Assembly: GCF_009914755.1 (NCBI RefSeq)
Contig: NC_060948.1
DNA length: 64,000 nucleotides
Source: the human T2T-CHM13v2.0 reference genome, Homo sapiens
Direction: 5' to 3' (one strand)
How positions within the stretch are numbered: position 1 is the first letter of the stretch; each line of letters begins with the position of its first letter. The notes beneath the pieces were generated by a model that was not told the origin of the DNA, searched no databases, and saw nothing but the letters and a program-made list of their open reading frames with translations. The position numbers and the translations under genes are program-made. Of this stretch, positions 57,401 through 64,000 are shown in pieces.

Positions 57401-59499
57401 ATGCAATGGAATCTAATGAAACGGAAAGGAAAGGAATGGAATGGAATGGAATGGGCTGGAATGGAATGGAATCGAAACGAATGGAATGGAATCGAACTGC
57501 AGAGACTGCAATGGAATGTACTGGAATGCAAGGGAGTGTAATGGAAGGTTCTCGAAAAGAATGGAATCGAATGGAAAGGAATTGAATGGAACGGAATAGA
57601 GTCGAATGGAATTGAATGGAATGGAATGGACTACAGTGAAATGGAATCGAGTCACAAGGAATGGACAGGAATAGAATGGTCTCGAATTGAATGGAATCAT
57701 ATGGAATGGCATCAACGGAATGGAATTGACAGCCACGGAATGGAATGCACTCGAATACAATGGAGTCGAAACTAATGGACTGGAACAGAATGGACTCGAC
57801 TGGTACGGACTCCAATGGAATGGAATCGAATGGAAGGGAATCGAACGGAATGGACACGAAGTGAAAACACTGCAACGGAAAGGTTTCGAATGGAATGTAG
57901 ATTAATGGAATGGAATGGAATCGAATGAAATGCAGTCAAAAGGAATGGAATCGAATGGCAAGGAATCGAATGTAATGGAATCGCAAGGAATGGATGTGAA
58001 CGGAACGGAATTGAATGGAATCCAAAGGAATGGAATAGAATGGAATGGAATCGAATGGAAAGGACTCGAATGGAAATCATTTGAATAAAATGAAATTTAA
58101 TAAAATAGGATCAAATGTAATGGAATGGAATGGAAAGGAATCGAAACGAAAGGAATGGAGACAGATGGAATGGAATGGAACAGAGAGCAATGGTATAGAA
58201 TGGAATGGAATCATCTGGAATGGATTTGAATGGAAAGGAATAATATGATATGGAATGGAATGGAATGGAATGCCCTTGAATTAAATGGACTGGAATGGAA
58301 TGGACTCGAACAGAGTGGAATGGAAAGTGTTGAAATAGAGTGGAATGGACTCATTTGGAATGGTCTAATATGCAATGGAATCGACTGGCAGGAAATCAAA
58401 TGGAAAGTAATCAAATGGATTGGACTGGAATGCAATGGACTCGAATAGATAGGAAACGGCATGCAAAGGAATGGAATGGAATAGTATAGAATGGAATGGA
58501 AAGGAATGGAGTGGAATAGACTAGAGTGGAATGGAATGGACTCGAAAGCAATGGACTGGAATGGAACTTTCTTGAATGGACTGGAATCAAACGGAATGGA
58601 ATGCAATGCAATCAAATGGCATGGAATAAAATAGAATGAAAGAGAATCAAATGGAATTGAATCGAATGGAATCGAATGGATTGGAAAGGAATAGAATGGA
58701 ATGGAATGGAACTGACTCAAATGGAATGGACTAGAATGGAATGGAGTCGAATGGAAGGCAAAGTAATAGAATCTATTGGAATGGACTGTAATGGAATGGA
58801 ATGGAAGGGATTGGAATGGACTCGAATGGAATGGACTGCAATAGAAAGGATTCGAATGGAATGAAAAAGAATTGAATGGAATAGAACAGAATGGAATCAA
58901 ATCGAATGTAACGGAATGGAATTGAAAGGAATGGAATGAAATGGAATGGAAAGGATTCGAATGGAATGCAATCGAAGGGAATGTAATCGAATGGAATGGA
59001 ATCGAACGGAATGGAATAAAATGGAAGAAAACTGGCAAGAAATGGAATCGAAATGAATGGAGTGTTATGGAACGGACTCAAAAGGAATTGAATGTAATAG
59101 AAAGGAGTGGAGTGGACTCGAATATAATGGACTGGAATGGAATGGAATCACATGGAATGGGAACGAATGGAATGGAATGGAAAGGAATGGAATGGAACGG
59201 AAAGGAATCGAATGGAAGGGAATTAAATTGAATCAACAGGAATGGAAGGGAATAGAATAGACTGTAATGGAATGGACTCGAATAGAATGGACACGAATGC
59301 TCAAATTGAATGGACTCGTATAGAATGGAAACGAAAGGAATGTCATCGAATGGAATTGAATCCATTGGAATGAAATCGCATAGAATGGAGTGGAATCAAA
59401 TGGAATTGAATCGAACGTAAAGGAAGCAAATGGACTGAAATGAAATGGAATGGAATTGAATGGAAAGTAATGCAATGGAAAAGAATGGAACGAAATTTC

Positions 59500-62400
59500 A
59501 CGGAATGGAATCAAACTGAATGGAATCAAATCAATGGAATCAAATCAAATGGAATGGAAAGGAATTGAATGGAGTAGATTGGATTGGATGGGATTGGAAT
59601 GAAATGTACTGGAAAGGACTCGAATTTCATGAAACGGAATGGAATGAATTGGAACGGAATGGACTCGAATGGAATGGAATGTCATGGAATGGCATCAAAT
59701 GGAATGGCATCAAATGGAATGGAATCGAATGCAATGGAATGATATGGAATGGAATGGGATGCATTGGAATGAAATGTCCTCTAATGGAATGGATTCGAGT
59801 GGAATGGAATCGAATATAATGGAGTCGAATGAAATGGAATTGAAAGGAATGGGATCGAATAGAATGGAATATACTGGAATGTAATGTAATGAAGTCGAAG
59901 GTAATTGACTGGAATGGAATGTACGTGAATGGAATGTAATCGAATGGAAAGTAATCCAATGGAATAGAATCTAATGCAATAAAATCGACTCGAATGGAAT
60001 AGAATGTAATGGAATGGAATGCAGTGAAATGGAACGGAATGGAATGGCATGCAATGGAGTGGAATGGAATGGAATGCAATGGGATGGAATGGTATGGAAT
60101 GGACAGGAATGGACTGGAATGAAATGGACTGGAAAAGAATGGACTCAAATTGAAAGGGCTCGAAAGGAATGGAGTCAAATGGAATGGTCTGGAATGCAAT
60201 GAACTCGAATGTAATGCAATCCAATAGAATGGAATCGAATGGCATGGAATATAAAGAAATGCAATCGAAGAGAATGGAAACAAATGGAATGGAATTGAAT
60301 GGAATGGGAACGAATGGAGTGAAATTGTATGGAATAGAAGAGAATAGAATGGAATGCAAGCGAAAGGACAGGAATGGATTGGAATGGAATGGAATTCATT
60401 GGAATGGAAGGGAATGTAGTGTAATGGACAGGCCTGGAATAAACTGGAATGCTACGGTCTCGAATGGAATAAAAATGTATGGAATGGAATTCAATGAAAC
60501 GGAATCGAATGTCATAGAATGTAATGGAATGCAAAAAAATGGACTCCAAAATCATTGACAGGAAAGGCTGGGTGTCGAAAGGAATTGACTCCAATGGAAT
60601 GGAATCGAATGGAATGGAAGTGAATAGAATCGAATTAAATCGAATGGAATGGAATTAATAGGAACAGAATGGAAAGGAATGCAATGATTTGGCATGGAAT
60701 GGAATCGAATGGCATCGAATGGAATGGAATGGAATGCAATGGAATGGAATGTATTATAATGTAATGAACTTTAGTGTAATGTACTCGAATGGATTCTACT
60801 GGAATGGAATGTTCTGGAAGTGAATGGACTCCAATGGAATGGATTCGAAAGGAATGGAATCTAATGGAATGGAATTAAATGGAAAGGAATCAAATTGAAT
60901 AGCACGGAATTGAATTGAATGGAATCGAATGCAATGGAATCTAATGAAACGGAAAGGAAAGGAATGGAATGGAAGTGAATGGGCTGGAATGGAATGGAAT
61001 CGAAACGAATGGAATGCAATCGAACTGAAGAGAATGGAATGTAATGAACTGGAATGGAAAGGAGTGTAATGGAAGGTTCTCGAAAAAAATGGGATCGAAT
61101 GGAATGGAATGGAATGGAACGGAATAGAGTCGATTGGAATTCATTGGAATGGAATGGAGTAGAGTGAAATGGAATCGAATCACAAGGAATGGACAGGAAT
61201 AGAATGGTCTCGAATTGAATGGAATCGTATGGAATGGCATCAAACGGAATGGAATGGACAGCCACGGAATGGAATGCACTCGAATGCAATGGAGTCGAAA
61301 CTAATGGACTGGAATAGAATGGACTCGACTGGTATGGACTCCAATGGAATGGAATCGAATGGAAGGGAATCGTACGGAATGGACTCGAAGTGAAAAGACT
61401 GCAACGGAAAGGTTTCGAATGGAATGGAAATTAATGGAATGGAATGGAATCGACTGAAATGGAGTCAAAAGGAATGGAATCGAATGGCAAGGAATCGAAT
61501 GTAATGGAATCGCAAGGAATGGATGTGAACGGAACGGAATGGAATGGAATCAAAAGGAATGGAATAGAATGGAATGGAATCGAATGGAAAGGACTCGAAT
61601 GGAAATCACTTGAATAGAATGAAATTTAATAAAATAGGATCAAATGTAATGGAATGGAATGGAAAGGAATCGAAACGAAAGGAATGGAGACAGATGGAAT
61701 GGAATGGAACAGAGAGCAATGGTATAGAATGGAATGGAATCATCTGGAATGGAATTGAATGGAATGGAATAATATGATATGGAATGGAATGGAATGGAAT
61801 GCCCTTGAATTATATGGACTGGAATGGAATGGACTCGAACAGAGTGGAATGGAAAGTGTTGAAATAGAATGGAATGGACTCCTTTGGAATGGTCTAGTAT
61901 GCAATGCAATCGACTGGCAGGGAATCAAAAGGAATGTAATCGAATGGATTGGACTGGAATGCAATGGACTCGAATAGATAGGAAACAGAATGCAAAGGAA
62001 TGGAATGGAATAGTATGGAATGTAATGGAAAGGAATGGAGTGGAATAGACTAGAGTGGAATGAAATGGACTCGAAAGCAATGGACTGGAATGGAACTTTC
62101 TTGAATGGACTGGAATCAAACGGAATGGAATGCAATGCAATCAAATGGCATGGAATAAAATAGAATGAAAGAGAATCAAATGGAATTGAATCGAATGGAA
62201 TCGAATGGATTGGAAAGGAATAGAATGGAATGGAATGGAACTGACTCAAATGGAATGGACTAGAATGGAATGGAGTGGAATGGAATGCAAAGGAATAGAA
62301 TCTATTGGAATGGACTGTAATGGAATGGAATGGAAGGGATTGGAATGGACTCGAATGGAATGGACTGCAATAGAAAGGATTCGAATGGAATGAAAAGGAA

Positions 62401-64000
62401 TTGAATGGAATAGAACAGAATGGAATCAAATCGAATGTAACGGAATGGAATTGAAAGGAATGGAATGAAATGGAATGGAATGGAAAGGATTCGAATGGAA
62501 TGCAGTCAAAGGGAATGCAATCGAATGGAATGGAATCGAACGGAATGGAATAAAATGGAAGAAAACTGGCAAGAAATGGAATCGAAATGAATGGCGTGTT
62601 ATGGAACGGACTCAAAAGGAATTGAATGTAATAGAAAGGAGTAGGGTGGACTCGAATATAATGGACTGGAATGGAATGGAATCACATGGAATGGGAACGA
62701 ATGGAATGGAATGGAAAGGAATGGAATCGAATGGAAAGGAATCGAATGGAAGGGAAGGAAATTGAATCAACAGGAATGGAAGGGAATAGAATAGACTGTA
62801 GTGGAATGGAGTCGAATAGAATGGACACGAATGCTCAAATTGAATGGACTCGTATAGAATGGAAACGAAAGAATGTCATCGAATGGAATTGAATCGATTG
62901 GAATGAAATGGCATAGAATGGAGTGGAATCAAATGGAATTGAATCGAAAGTAAAGGAAGCGAATGGACTGAAATGAAATGGAATGGAATTGAATGGAAAG
63001 TAATGCAATGGAATAGAGTGGAACGAAATTTCACGGAATGGAATCAAACAGAATGGAATCAAATCAATGGAATATAATCAAATGGAATGGATAGGAATTG
63101 AATGGAATAGATTGGATTGGAAGGGATTGGAATGCAATGGAATGGGAAGGACTCGAATTTCATGAAACGGAATGGAATGAATTGGAATGGAATGGAATGT
63201 CATGGAATGGCATCAAATGGAATGGCATCAAATGGAATGGAATCGAATGCAATGGAATGTTATGGAATGGAATGGAATGTATTGGAATGAAATGTCCTCT
63301 AATGGAATGGATTCGAGTGGAATGGAATCGAATATAATGGAGTCGAATGAAATGGAATTGAAAGGAATGGGATCGAATAGAATGGAATATACTGGAATGC
63401 AATGTAATGAAGTCGAATGTAATTGACTGGAATGGAATGTGCATGAATGGAATGTAATCGAATGGAAAGTAATCCAATGGAATAGAATCTAATGGAATAA
63501 AATCGACTCAAATGGAATACTATGTAATGGAATGGAATGCAGTGCAATGGAACGGAATGGAATGGAATGCAATGGAGTGGAATGGAATGGAATGCAATGG
63601 GATGGAATTTTATGGAATGGATAGGAGTGGACTGGAGTGAAATGGACTGGAAAGGAATGGACTCCAATTGAAAGGGATTGAAAGGAATGGAGTCAAATGG
63701 AATGGTCTGGAATGGAATGAACTCGAATGTAATGCATTTCAATAGAATGCAATCGAATGGCATGGAATATAAAGAAATGGATTCAAAGAGAATGGAAACA
63801 AACGGAATGGAATTGAGTGGAATGTAATTGAATGCAATGGGAACGAATGGAGTGAAATTGTATGGAATAGAAGAGAATAGAATGGAATGCAAGCGAAAGG
63901 AAAGGAATGTATCGGAATGGAATGGAATTCATTGGAATGGAAGGGAATGTAGTGTAATGGACAGGCCTGGAATAAACTGGAATGCTACGGTCTCGAATGG
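59500..64000 (+). repeat. Longer, more diverged DYZ1 subfamily (3544/3533-bp units) carrying an extra 45-bp segment
   Basis: GGAATCGAATGGCATGGAATATAAAGAAATGCAATCGAAGAGAAT at 60231-60275 and a related copy near 63749-63793 are absent from all 17 upstream copies. GCAAGCGAAAGG occurs near 60356 and 63889. Confidence 0.85.

Larger units (their letters stand above)
1..64000 (+). repeat. DYZ1: Human satellite III (HSat3) array, DYZ1-type ~3.5-kb tandem repeat, GGAAT strand on +, about 18.3 units, no inversion or interruption
   Basis: Seen: degenerate (GGAAT)n throughout. Landmark motifs (GGACAGGCCTGGAATAAAC, GGCTGGGTGTCG, GGACAGCCACGG, GAAAACTGGCAAG, ATGTCCTCTAATGG) recur once every ~3.5 kb. AGGCCT spacings are 3484, 3504, 3489, 3503, 3498, 3498, 3498, 3468, 3498, 3503, 3508, 3507, 3504, 3508, 3496, 3499, 3544, 3533. 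Knowledge: DYZ1 is the ~3.4-3.6-kb HaeIII-defined, pentamer-based HSat3 repeat of Yq12. Confidence 0.96.

Noticed and set aside
101-63892. Hundreds of 60-313 aa ORFs (MEWNG-rich on +, FHSIP-rich on -)
   Set aside because: These are direct translations of GGAAT/ATTCC pentamers, which give 5-aa periodicity and no stop codon. They overlap in all frames, have no domain or splice structure, and are freely broken by indels between units.
1-64000. CRISPR-like repeat/spacer array or prokaryotic defence locus
   Set aside because: There are no unique spacers, no palindromic direct repeats and no genes. The sequence is a eukaryotic tandem satellite.
1-64000. HSat2, DYZ2/HSat1B, alpha satellite or telomeric repeats
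   Set aside because: There is no regular HSat2 ~26-bp unit, no AT-rich Alu-containing 2.4-kb unit, no 171-bp period and no TTAGGG tract.

Overview
The whole 64 kb is one uninterrupted, single-orientation array of human satellite III (degenerate GGAAT pentamers on +, CATTC on -), organised as a ~3.5-kb repeat unit. Each unit has one AGGCCT (StuI/HaeIII) site, at 921, 4405, 7909, 11398, 14901, 18399, 21897, 25395, 28863, 32361, 35864, 39372, 42879, 46383, 49891, 53387, 56886, 60430 and 63963. That gives 18 complete units of 3468-3544 bp (mean ~3502). Unit size, the single HaeIII site, the neighbouring EcoRI site and matches to the classical Y1.1/Y1.2 sexing primers (recalled from memory) identify it as DYZ1 (HSat3) of human Yq12 heterochromatin. 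I find no genes, RNA genes, transposons, CRISPR arrays or DYZ2/HSat1B blocks. All listed ORFs are pentamer-translation artefacts, and I do not see a new protein-coding system. The interest lies in the array's internal structure: (1) three perfect nGAAnnTTCnnGAAn heat-shock elements per unit, about 52 of 54 intact; (2) nested recent amplifications, including a five-copy near-identical 3498-bp block, an eight-unit clade, adjacent pairs and a 7012-bp offset duplication; (3) a subfamily boundary near 59.5 kb, where units regain 15-bp and 45-bp segments; (4) a 15-bp indel hotspot with three different equal-length haplotypes. All counts and comparisons were made by eye and need confirmation by alignment.
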